DNA of 64,000 nucleotides from a virus (lineage: Duplodnaviria > Caudoviricetes). This document shows, one piece after another, positions 56,368 to 63,119 of the stretch. Both the position numbers and the translations under genes were made by a program. A model generated the notes under the pieces. It made no database searches and had not been told where the DNA came from. It was given only the letters and a program-made list of their open reading frames with translations. Each line of letters starts with the position of its first letter. The stretch's first letter is position 1. The stretch spans positions 2,019 through 66,018 of IMG/VR virus record IMGVR_UViG_3300044295_000092; one strand, 5' to 3'.

Positions 56368-57414
56368 CTAGAAGTATTGGTTGTTCTTAACTGCCCAATC
56401 AACAAACGATTTGTTCTGAGCCGCAACTGCCTTGCGTGATGATGCCATGATATTGACTGCAAACAAAGCTTGTATCTCCATAGGTAAGCGTTGTAGATAA
56501 ACTAACCACGCATCCATATGTTCCTCTGTGATTGCCATGAGTTCTCGCATTACCAAGATGACACGAGCCGCAGGGTCGTTAGGCACATTAGCTTTCAATG
56601 GTTCTTTGTAGATACTTTCTTTGGTTGGTAGTGCATCGGCTAAACTGAAGTATGCAGACATATCACGAGCCGCAGACTCACCAAGTGTGCCACTCAACGC
56701 AACCATAGTCGTATCCTCACCGAGTGTTTGTCTATTCTTAACAATGAATGACGCTTTCTCTAACGAACGAGGGGAAACAAACGCCTCTTGTTGTTTGCGT
56801 GGATTGTATATATACATGTTTTCTTTCTGTGCTTCATCTGTATAACACGCTAGTGCATGGGGGAATTGTTTAACCCAAGCAACGACTTCAGGTGCTACTT
56901 GATTATCAATAGCCCAATTTATCCATTCATCATCGTTAGGGTTGCGAACGATGACCGAAGTTAATCTGTTCTTGGCATGGGCTTTCATGCTATCGCCAAC
57001 ACCATCTGTTGTAAGATTACCTGTTGAATACACAATAGAGTCGGGGTGAAACTTAACTGCACCTAGTCTACGTTCTAACATGACAGGCAATAACATATTC
57101 TTGACAGGCTCACTAGCTTTCGTAATCTCGTCAAGCATGATGATGACAGGTTTGTTATCATGAATAGCAAAGCGTTCATTCGGATAGAATGTGGTAGTCT
57201 TTGTGTCATGGTTCATGGCAGGCATGGCAAGGTCGCCCAAGTCCAAGTCTGCACAATCAATATACACAGGTGTGTGGTCAGGAAATCGTTTAGATAATGA
57301 TTTCAAGATTGATGACTTACCAATGCCAGGTTGACCTTTTAGGTGAACCGTAACATCACGACCTATTGTTGCAATTAAATCTTCTGCTTGTTTCAAACTA
57401 ATTTCTTGTTGCAT
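56368..57414 (-). CDS. MoxR-like AAA+ ATPase
   Basis: Walker A GQPGIGKS, Walker B IMLDE, 'TGN', 'NRL', sensor II SPRS. Confidence 0.88.
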   Translation of the reverse strand: MQQEISLKQAEDLIATIGRDVTVHLKGQPGIGKSSILKSLSKRFPDHTPVYIDCADLDLGDLAMPAMNHDTKTTTFYPNERFAIHDNKPVIIMLDEITKASEPVKNMLLPVMLERRLGAVKFHPDSIVYSTGNLTTDGVGDSMKAHAKNRLTSVIVRNPNDDEWINWAIDNQVAPEVVAWVKQFPHALACYTDEAQKENMYIYNPRKQQEAFVSPRSLEKASFIVKNRQTLGEDTTMVALSGTLGESAARDMSAYFSLADALPTKESIYKEPLKANVPNDPAARVILVMRELMAITEEHMDAWLVYLQRLPMEIQALFAVNIMASSRKAVAAQNKSFVDWAVKNNQYF

Positions 57415-57434
57415 GATACTCTCTCCTATAAAAT

Positions 57435-57468
57435 GTTCTGATTAGCACTATAAAGTGCAAAACGGAAC
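57435..57468. repeat. 34-bp palindromic element, copy 2
   Basis: GTTCTGATTAGCACT-ATAA-AGTGCAAAACGGAAC. Confidence 0.9.
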
Positions 57469-57471
57469 GGG

Positions 57472-58320
57472 TTAATTTACTTCTAATAAAACTTGTGGGT
57501 TTTCTAACTTAATTATCTTATCTAACCAACGTTTAATTATACCTATGTTGCAATAATAAACTTCTTTATGGTTAGGATAATTACCTACCCATTTTGTATG
57601 CTGACATTGTCTTAACGCATGGTAATATGCAAGATATGTTTTATCTTCATTAGCACATAATTGCGATACGCCTTCTGTGCCACGACTAGTATATTCATGC
57701 ACTTGTTCACTTAACTTCTCATCGTTAAACATACCTTCACCATTACTCAACTTCAACATGGTATCAGCATATTTAAGAAATGTTTTATACGGCTTACGCA
57801 ACTCACGCATCTGACTTGCATCAAACTTATACTTAACTGCTTTCTCAAATTGTTCGGGATACAATGCTTTATTGTCATAACTTATGGCATACCAATCACG
57901 AGCATTCATAAAGTATCTTTCATTACCTACCCATACTTCACATTCAATCTGATGATTTTTAACCATAGGACTTCTAGTAAAGGGTGAAGGCACATAGTAT
58001 TTATGTTCAAACCCTCGTAGACTATGCCCACTTATATACCAAACAAAATACTCTGTGCTCAATGATGGATAACCACCTAGCGTTATCTCTTTGTGTGTTG
58101 GATAGAACCTTACTAAATCCGTGTCGTAATATCCTGCAACATACACTTCAATACCATCAAGCATATCTTTGCGTATCCATTTCTCTTTCTCATATCTATC
58201 GCCCAATCTACGAACTGATTGGCTCTCACCACGCACAACTTTTCTACTATCAAACTCTTCTTTTGCCCTGTCATATGTTTCAATGCGAGGCATGTTATAT
58301 ACATTGATATGGAAACCCAT
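57472..58320 (-). CDS. Hypothetical protein (aromatic-rich, 282 aa)
   Basis: Long ORF with SD GGAG. Confidence 0.7.
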   Translation of the reverse strand: MGFHINVYNMPRIETYDRAKEEFDSRKVVRGESQSVRRLGDRYEKEKWIRKDMLDGIEVYVAGYYDTDLVRFYPTHKEITLGGYPSLSTEYFVWYISGHSLRGFEHKYYVPSPFTRSPMVKNHQIECEVWVGNERYFMNARDWYAISYDNKALYPEQFEKAVKYKFDASQMRELRKPYKTFLKYADTMLKLSNGEGMFNDEKLSEQVHEYTSRGTEGVSQLCANEDKTYLAYYHALRQCQHTKWVGNYPNHKEVYYCNIGIIKRWLDKIIKLENPQVLLEVN

Positions 58321-58321
58321 T

Positions 58322-58663
58322 TTATTCTCCCTCCTTCATGTCATAACCTCTATTCATCCAACTTACGAACTTCATGTTTTCAAGCCAATCTTGTATGGTC
58401 GGTATCCAACCACCACAATCTTCTTTTACATGTTGTTCACCAATCAGTCTTGTTGGGACTTCACGACCATCACTATTCACAATGAATAACCCAAATTGTC
58501 TTTCACATTCAAAGATACCTTGTGCATGATGTCTGATGGCTCTGTGTCTTGCGTCTGCAAAGCATTCTTTCGTTGCGTCAAACCAATCATGTATTGGTTG
58601 ATAGTCTGACTCAACACCTCCCCACTTCTTTACAGATGTTTTAGAATGAAAATGTGTATTCAT
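58322..58663 (-). CDS. His-rich protein, DUF6915-like
   Basis: 'H...S..KWGG...DY..IH.WFD..K','RHRAIRHH..GI','IGEQHV.ED'. Confidence 0.65.
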   Translation of the reverse strand: MNTHFHSKTSVKKWGGVESDYQPIHDWFDATKECFADARHRAIRHHAQGIFECERQFGLFIVNSDGREVPTRLIGEQHVKEDCGGWIPTIQDWLENMKFVSWMNRGYDMKEGE

Positions 58664-59088
58664 TATTCGTTCTCCTCATCTAAATCAAACTCATGGTCTT
58701 CCGTTATCATCTCGTTGATACCAACATGAAGTATTGTTTTAGGTGGGTTTACTTTAAAATCAATTATCAATCTACCTTGACCACCTTCGTTGTTATACCA
58801 ATCTAACCCTGTGCCATCTAATGCCCGATAACATAAGTCTTCAATGACATCTTGAAGTAATGTGCGTTCTGTTGTAGGTTCTTGACTACCATATGTTTGC
58901 TTTGTCCATGCAATCATATCGTTGGGTATATCTTGTGGCTCATTGTTTTTGTCTAGGTAATACACGCTATCAATCTGACCACTATCGCCTGCACCACTAA
59001 ACTCAACAACGACTTCATTTGCACCGAGCAGATTTAACTGCGTGTAAAGAACTTCTTGTTCTTGTTTATTGATTTCATTCTTTGACAT
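58663..59088 (-). CDS. Acidic protein, DUF6878-like
   Basis: 'V.FSG.GDSGQI','W.NNEGG.G'. Confidence 0.65.
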   Translation of the reverse strand: MSKNEINKQEQEVLYTQLNLLGANEVVVEFSGAGDSGQIDSVYYLDKNNEPQDIPNDMIAWTKQTYGSQEPTTERTLLQDVIEDLCYRALDGTGLDWYNNEGGQGRLIIDFKVNPPKTILHVGINEMITEDHEFDLDEENE

Positions 59089-59107
59089 ACTATACTCCTC
59101 AAGTTAT

Positions 59108-59141
59108 GTTCTGAATTGCACGATAGAGTGCAAAACGGAAC
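59108..59141. repeat. 34-bp palindromic element, copy 3
   Basis: GTTCTGAATTGCACG-ATAG-AGTGCAAAACGGAAC. Confidence 0.9.
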
Positions 59142-59179
59142 GGGTTTATAAACATACTTCTACTACCAATTCAAATAAC

Positions 59180-59208
59180 ATTATACACTATAAACTTGAC
59201 ATTGTCAA
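59180..59208 (-). promoter_or_regulatory. Perfect-consensus sigma70 promoter overlapped by a palindrome
   Basis: - strand TTGACA-17-TATAAT; ACTTGACA-T-TGTCAAGT palindrome at 59194-59210. Confidence 0.88.
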
Positions 59209-59228
59209 GTAAACACCGAAAAAAATTT

Positions 59229-59426
59229 TTACTTACTTTTATGTGATGAATTTAAACCTTTTAATAATTCATAGTCAGTTATCACAATATAATTTGATTT
59301 GGGCATAGGCACAATCGTATGTTTGTATGACCGAGCCTCTTCCTCGCCACACAATAAACAAGTGTGATACCCTAACTCGTAACGTTTTGTTTCTACTTCA
59401 TCACCACATCTTATACATACTTTCAT
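59229..59426 (-). CDS. C4 zinc-finger protein (DksA/TraR-finger-like)
   Basis: CIRC....R..LG..TCLLC, C-terminal 'P.PKSNY'. Confidence 0.65.
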   Translation of the reverse strand: MKVCIRCGDEVETKRYELGYHTCLLCGEEEARSYKHTIVPMPKSNYIVITDYELLKGLNSSHKSK

Positions 59427-59605
59427 TTGATATACTCCTTCATGTTGTTATTCCATGTTTTAACTAACGCATAACGTCTTGCCTCTAACTCTGTGCGTGG
59501 TGTAGCAAAGTGATAATAATTCCCTGTAAAGAATTTGTTCTCTCTAATCTTGTCCCAATTTGCGTTGTGTGCAAATAGGTCTTTCTGTTTTTGCGTCATT
59601 TGCAA
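59423..59605 (-). CDS. Hypothetical protein
   Basis: Packed ORF, SD AAGGAG. Confidence 0.5.
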   Translation of the reverse strand: MQMTQKQKDLFAHNANWDKIRENKFFTGNYYHFATPRTELEARRYALVKTWNNNMKEYIK

Positions 59606-59768
59606 ATCTCCTTTTAAGTTTAAAGTATCCCTGTTGTTCTAGGTATTTCAATCTATGCCAATTCAATATTAACTTATCATACATATCCTTCTGTGTTGCA
59701 TGAGGATTATCTTGTAGCATTTTGTTAACTTTGTTGGCATGGCGCCTATCATCTAGCTTGGTATACAT
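59544..59768 (-). CDS. Small protein, possible HTH
   Basis: 'L..NP.ATQKDM...L.L....L..LE..G.' resembles a winged-helix N-terminus. Confidence 0.45.
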   Translation of the reverse strand: MYTKLDDRRHANKVNKMLQDNPHATQKDMYDKLILNWHRLKYLEQQGYFKLKRRFANDAKTERPICTQRKLGQD

Positions 59769-59884
59769 TACTTCTGTTGCTCTACCTTTGTGGTATCTTG
59801 TGGTGCTTTGTTATCAAAGATAGGTGTATATACACCTAACCATATGGCTACATATATAATAGTTAAAACTCCGATTGCACTCAT
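59768..59884 (-). CDS. Small single-TM protein (38 aa, MSAIGVLTIIYVAIWLGVYTPIF...)
   Basis: Hand translation; ATGA and TAATG overlaps on both sides. Confidence 0.55.
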   Translation of the reverse strand: MSAIGVLTIIYVAIWLGVYTPIFDNKAPQDTTKVEQQK

Positions 59885-60069
59885 AATAAACATTCTCCTA
59901 CTAAATTAAATGCCTGTGTAAAGACATCTGTTGTGGTTTCTTTAATTACTTCTAACTTAACTACATTCTTGCCTTGCTCTTTGTGCCACTTCGCCTCTTT
60001 CGGTGTCCATCTATATTGACGCAACACTTCGCCGTCATCATCTACAACTGCATAAGTAAAAGGTATCAT
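59881..60069 (-). CDS. Hypothetical protein
   Basis: Coupled ORF. Confidence 0.6.
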   Translation of the reverse strand: MIPFTYAVVDDDGEVLRQYRWTPKEAKWHKEQGKNVVKLEVIKETTTDVFTQAFNLVGECLL

Positions 60070-60314
60070 AGTCCACCATACGCATCAGCAAGACGCTTGG
60101 CATTATACTTCTGCCTATCCTTACTAAATGTTTTCATAAACTCTTTAAAGTCTTTCTCGGTTGAATAATGTTGTAGCAACACAAGATACGCTTGGTTGAT
60201 AGCATCGTATTCGGGTTCATCGGGAAACTGCAAATTGATTTTAAAGCCATCTTTCAATTCTTCTACCATTATCTTTTCACGAGTTTCGTCTGTCATTTCA
60301 ATCATTACTTGCAT
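60066..60314 (-). CDS. Hypothetical protein
   Basis: Coupled ORF with SD AAGGAG. Confidence 0.6.
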   Translation of the reverse strand: MQVMIEMTDETREKIMVEELKDGFKINLQFPDEPEYDAINQAYLVLLQHYSTEKDFKEFMKTFSKDRQKYNAKRLADAYGGL

Positions 60315-60687
60315 ATTGCATCTCTCCTTTTTGTTTATAGAAAATTAAATTACTCCATCTTACCACAGGTTGCAACTTATACCATGATTTAGGTTTCTTA
60401 ATACTCGTATCATGAAAGTTAGTCGCACCATAACTATAATCAACCTCTAACCTATGTAATACCTTGTATGCTATATCCACATACTCCTGTCGTATTACCG
60501 AAGGTGGTTTTATATACCCATACCAACTGAATTGATATGGTCGTTTCATTTCACTACACACATTCTTATGATTAAATTCGGCTCGCCTCATCAATACATA
60601 TCCTACTGCTATCTGTGCCTGTCGTGGCTCGGTAGCTGACTCCATGTATATGGTCGTGGCAAGACAAAGTAAAGCTTGGTCAATCAT
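60298..60687 (-). CDS. SleB/CwlJ-like cell wall hydrolase (Hydrolase_2)
   Basis: 'CLA..IY.E...E....Q.AV..V...R','VC......QFSW','GAT.FH','FYK'. Confidence 0.85.
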   Translation of the reverse strand: MIDQALLCLATTIYMESATEPRQAQIAVGYVLMRRAEFNHKNVCSEMKRPYQFSWYGYIKPPSVIRQEYVDIAYKVLHRLEVDYSYGATNFHDTSIKKPKSWYKLQPVVRWSNLIFYKQKGEMQYASND

Positions 60688-60740
60688 ACTGACCTCCTTT
60701 ATATTTGTTTAAACGAGTTTAGTTTATAACCGAAAGGTTA

Positions 60741-60782
60741 TTAGAATGTGAGAAAGCCCACGATTGATGCGAATGATTTCAT
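60741..60782 (-). CDS. 13-aa micropeptide MKSFASIVGFLTF
   Basis: Strong SD AAAGGAG 6 nt upstream of ATG, double TAA stop. Confidence 0.45.
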   Translation of the reverse strand: MKSFASIVGFLTF

Positions 60783-60799
60783 ATAGTTCTCCTTTATAA

Positions 60800-61045
60800 T
60801 TAGTCCTCACAACTGCCATTGATACAGGCATTGTTGTTTAAGATTTCATCTTCAAGCGATGCGAGAGCATCTTGTTTCTCAATGTCTAGTGCTTTGGCAT
60901 TGAGTTCTGCATACATATCTTTAGTATACGGCTCATACCTTACCACTAATCCTGCATCATGACAAGCATTTATATAGTCATCAAATAAAAACCTTGACAC
61001 ACTATCCGAGTTAATACTTAAAACGATTGTGATTTTATTGCTCAT
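60800..61045 (-). CDS. Hypothetical protein (ends C..G.CED)
   Basis: SD AAGGAG, overlapping the upstream ORF. Confidence 0.6.
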   Translation of the reverse strand: MSNKITIVLSINSDSVSRFLFDDYINACHDAGLVVRYEPYTKDMYAELNAKALDIEKQDALASLEDEILNNNACINGSCED

Positions 61046-61319
61046 GCTTTTCTCCTTTGTTAAACTTATCTAGCCACCTTCTTCCTCTAACTGATATCTC
61101 ATACTTGTAATCTATGTCATCTGCAAACTTTAATAGTTTCATTCTATGCAAGTAATCATGGAAAGCCCATGACATTTTCTTGTCGTTGCGTTCAACAATT
61201 AAGTTTGCAAACTCCTCACCCCAATCCATAGTTAATAGCATGGATACAAGAAAGCTTTTAATCATTTCATTAGATACTTCACTTTCAGATATAACAGGTC
61301 TGTTAAAATTGCCCATCAA
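61035..61319 (-). CDS. Small protein, tandem paralogue 3 (winged-helix-like C-terminus)
   Basis: YEISVRGRRWLD. Confidence 0.6.
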   Translation of the reverse strand: MMGNFNRPVISESEVSNEMIKSFLVSMLLTMDWGEEFANLIVERNDKKMSWAFHDYLHRMKLLKFADDIDYKYEISVRGRRWLDKFNKGEKHEQ

Positions 61320-61551
61320 GCCACTCCCTTCCGTTTGGTGCTAGGTCTATATGCCACACAAGCCCATTTACTTTGGATACTGATACTAGGTGTTTATCTA
61401 ACGCATAGTTAAAGTAGTTATGCTCACCATCATCTTGGTTATCAACATCAAATTGGTTAGTCAGCATCCACTTCATCATATACTTTTTCATAGGGCTTTC
61501 AAATATGATGACATCATGCCACCTACCTACTTCTTTATTTATGCTCATCAA
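61303..61551 (-). CDS. Small protein, tandem paralogue 2
   Basis: IDLAPNGREWLD. Confidence 0.6.
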   Translation of the reverse strand: MMSINKEVGRWHDVIIFESPMKKYMMKWMLTNQFDVDNQDDGEHNYFNYALDKHLVSVSKVNGLVWHIDLAPNGREWLDGQF

Positions 61552-61774
61552 GCCACTTCCTTCCTCGTTCAGTTATAACAAAGTTCGGAAACACTTTGTT
61601 GCCATTAACACCATACTTAATCATGCGTCTATAATGTAATACTCCTGCAAGTGTTGTATGCTGTTGATATTTAGGGTTCCACTCATAGTTTTCATACTCG
61701 TCTACCCAATTAGGACACATCATTATCTCAAGCAATAACGCTCTTATTTTGTTAACTTCGTGGTCGTCTAACAT
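61535..61774 (-). CDS. Small protein, tandem paralogue 1
   Basis: FVITERGRKWLD; start placed at ATG 61774 after GGAG. Confidence 0.6.
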   Translation of the reverse strand: MLDDHEVNKIRALLLEIMMCPNWVDEYENYEWNPKYQQHTTLAGVLHYRRMIKYGVNGNKVFPNFVITERGRKWLDEHK

Positions 61775-62063
61775 AATATCTCCGTTCCGTTTCGCACTCA
61801 TCAGTGCATTTCAGACATTGGATACACGCTTTGTCTATGAGTAAATCTTCATAGTGCCTTTCGGTGTAGAGAATATATCTAAACTTATCTAACTCCATGC
61901 GTGCATAGTCAATGAGTCTGCGTTCAACTTCCCAAGGTTTAGTAGATGTGATTTGATTATACAAAGCAAGCCACTCACTATCGTCAAAGTTATCTAGTAT
62001 ATCAGACACACGATAGTTTTTGGTTTGAGTTCTTACAACTTCTTTAACTTGGTCTATGTTCAT
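61752..62063 (-). CDS. Hypothetical protein (MNIDQVKE...)
   Basis: ATGA overlap with the upstream small ORF; the 3' end runs through element copy 4. Confidence 0.55.
   Translation of the reverse strand: MNIDQVKEVVRTQTKNYRVSDILDNFDDSEWLALYNQITSTKPWEVERRLIDYARMELDKFRYILYTERHYEDLLIDKACIQCLKCTDECETERRYYVRRPRS
61784..61817. repeat. 34-bp palindromic element, copy 4 (inverted, 1-nt deletion)
   Basis: GTTCCGTTTCGCACT-CATC-AGTGCATTTCAGACA. Confidence 0.8.
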
Positions 62064-62224
62064 CGTAGCACCATGACTAACAATAAGAATATGTTGATAC
62101 CCAATGACACCACCATGCAATTTCTTATACTTCGGTAGTGGTCTTTGTGAATTGTGGTATATTCAGACAAGTATATTTCCCTGTCATACTCACGCCATGA
62201 TTTAAAGATTGGTTTTGTTTTCAT
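62060..62224 (-). CDS. Small protein with C-terminal TM (54 aa, MKTKPIFKSWREYD...)
   Basis: Hand translation; GGAG SD; fills the gap. Confidence 0.5.
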   Translation of the reverse strand: MKTKPIFKSWREYDREIYLSEYTTIHKDHYRSIRNCMVVSLGINIFLLLVMVLR

Positions 62225-62387
62225 TTTTTATCTCCGTTTCTACAAGTTCAATTTTGTCAATTTGTTTTCTTAAGTCATCAACTGATAACTCAAATAGTTT
62301 TCTTGCTCGTCTGATTTGATTACGCATAATTACTTCTCTGCATATAAATCCACAAGCAAACCAAATGCCATAAATTATCCAATCCAT
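62202..62387 (-). CDS. Small N-terminal TM + coiled-coil protein
   Basis: SD AAGGAG. Confidence 0.55.
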   Translation of the reverse strand: MDWIIYGIWFACGFICREVIMRNQIRRARKLFELSVDDLRKQIDKIELVETEIKNENKTNL

Positions 62388-62492
62388 TATCTATTCTCCT
62401 TATCAAAATAAACTATCAAGCACCATACTATTAAAGTAATACCACAACCACCCAAAATATACATATCATAAATACTAAACATCATTCTCTCC

Positions 62493-62615
62493 TTAATAAT
62501 ATTGTTCAAAAATTCTGTGCGGATTGTTCTCACACATTTTCATAGCTGTTTCTTTATTGAGGTATTCAAATACCTCTTTGGTTTTAAAATCTACTACAAA
62601 ATAGTTCTGTGTCAT
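62493..62615 (-). CDS. Small hypothetical protein (40 aa, MTQNYFVVDFKTKEVF...)
   Basis: Hand translation; SD AGGAG next to element copy 5. Confidence 0.55.
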   Translation of the reverse strand: MTQNYFVVDFKTKEVFEYLNKETAMKMCENNPHRIFEQYY

Positions 62616-62626
62616 TTTTTTCTCCT

Positions 62627-62660
62627 ATTCTGTTTTGCACTAAATAGTGCAAATCGGTTT
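62627..62660. repeat. 34-bp palindromic element, copy 5 (inverted, degenerate outer arm)
   Basis: ATTCTGTTTTGCACT-AAAT-AGTGCAAATCGGTTT. Confidence 0.75.
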
Positions 62661-62978
62661 TTCAAAAGTTAAGCAATTATTATAACTCCATAACTGATGT
62701 ATTGCTCTAAACATCAGAAACGCATCGGGTTGATGTTCCCATGTGGGATTGTCAATACCTACCTTTTCGCCCAAGTCAACGTCATCATCATCAAAATAGG
62801 CACACTCAAACAGATATATGACCTCATCAATAAACGCTTGAGATATATCAGTATGTTTTTCAAATAGGGCTTTCATTACCTTATCTCTTGCACGACTGCC
62901 AAACGGATACTTGTCCCATTCATCTCTATATGAATTGACAATGTCGTTTGCTTTACTTAACCATAAATCAGACATCAT
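62640..62978 (-). CDS. Hypothetical protein, first gene of the early operon
   Basis: SD GAGGAG downstream of promoter 63067-63095. Confidence 0.65.
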   Translation of the reverse strand: MMSDLWLSKANDIVNSYRDEWDKYPFGSRARDKVMKALFEKHTDISQAFIDEVIYLFECAYFDDDDVDLGEKVGIDNPTWEHQPDAFLMFRAIHQLWSYNNCLTFEKPICTI

Positions 62979-62994
62979 ATACTCCTCAAGTTAA

Positions 62995-63028
62995 GTTCGG
63001 AAATGCACTAAAAAGTGCAAAACAGAAC
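62995..63028. repeat. 34-bp palindromic element, copy 6
   Basis: GTTCGGAAATGCACT-AAAA-AGTGCAAAACAGAAC. Confidence 0.9.
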
Positions 63029-63066
63029 AGGTTAATAATGACTACTATTACTGACGCAACACAACC

Positions 63067-63095
63067 ATTATACCTTATATTCTTTACAATGTCAA
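63067..63095 (-). promoter_or_regulatory. Perfect-consensus sigma70 early promoter
   Basis: - strand TTGACA-17-TATAAT. Confidence 0.88.
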
Positions 63096-63119
63096 GCAAA
63101 CACAGACCACCAAATAGAC

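Noticed and set aside
63-58489. Numerous antisense or out-of-frame ORFs in the track (e.g. 1324-1701, 22606-23025, 41080-41391, 49889-50221, 58169-58489)
   Set aside because: They lie within well-supported genes, lack SDs and have shadow-frame composition
59821-59838. Perfect 18-bp palindrome TAGGTGTATATACACCTA
   Set aside because: Single occurrence inside a small coding region with an AT-repeat core and no promoter context; cannot be distinguished from chance
55024-63028. 34-bp element as an NtrC site, LexA box or intrinsic terminator
   Set aside because: The core is TGCAC-N6-GTGCA whereas NtrC sites are N7. It does not fit CTGT-N8-ACAG or GTTC-N7-GTTC, and there is no U-tract after the stem on the coding strand.
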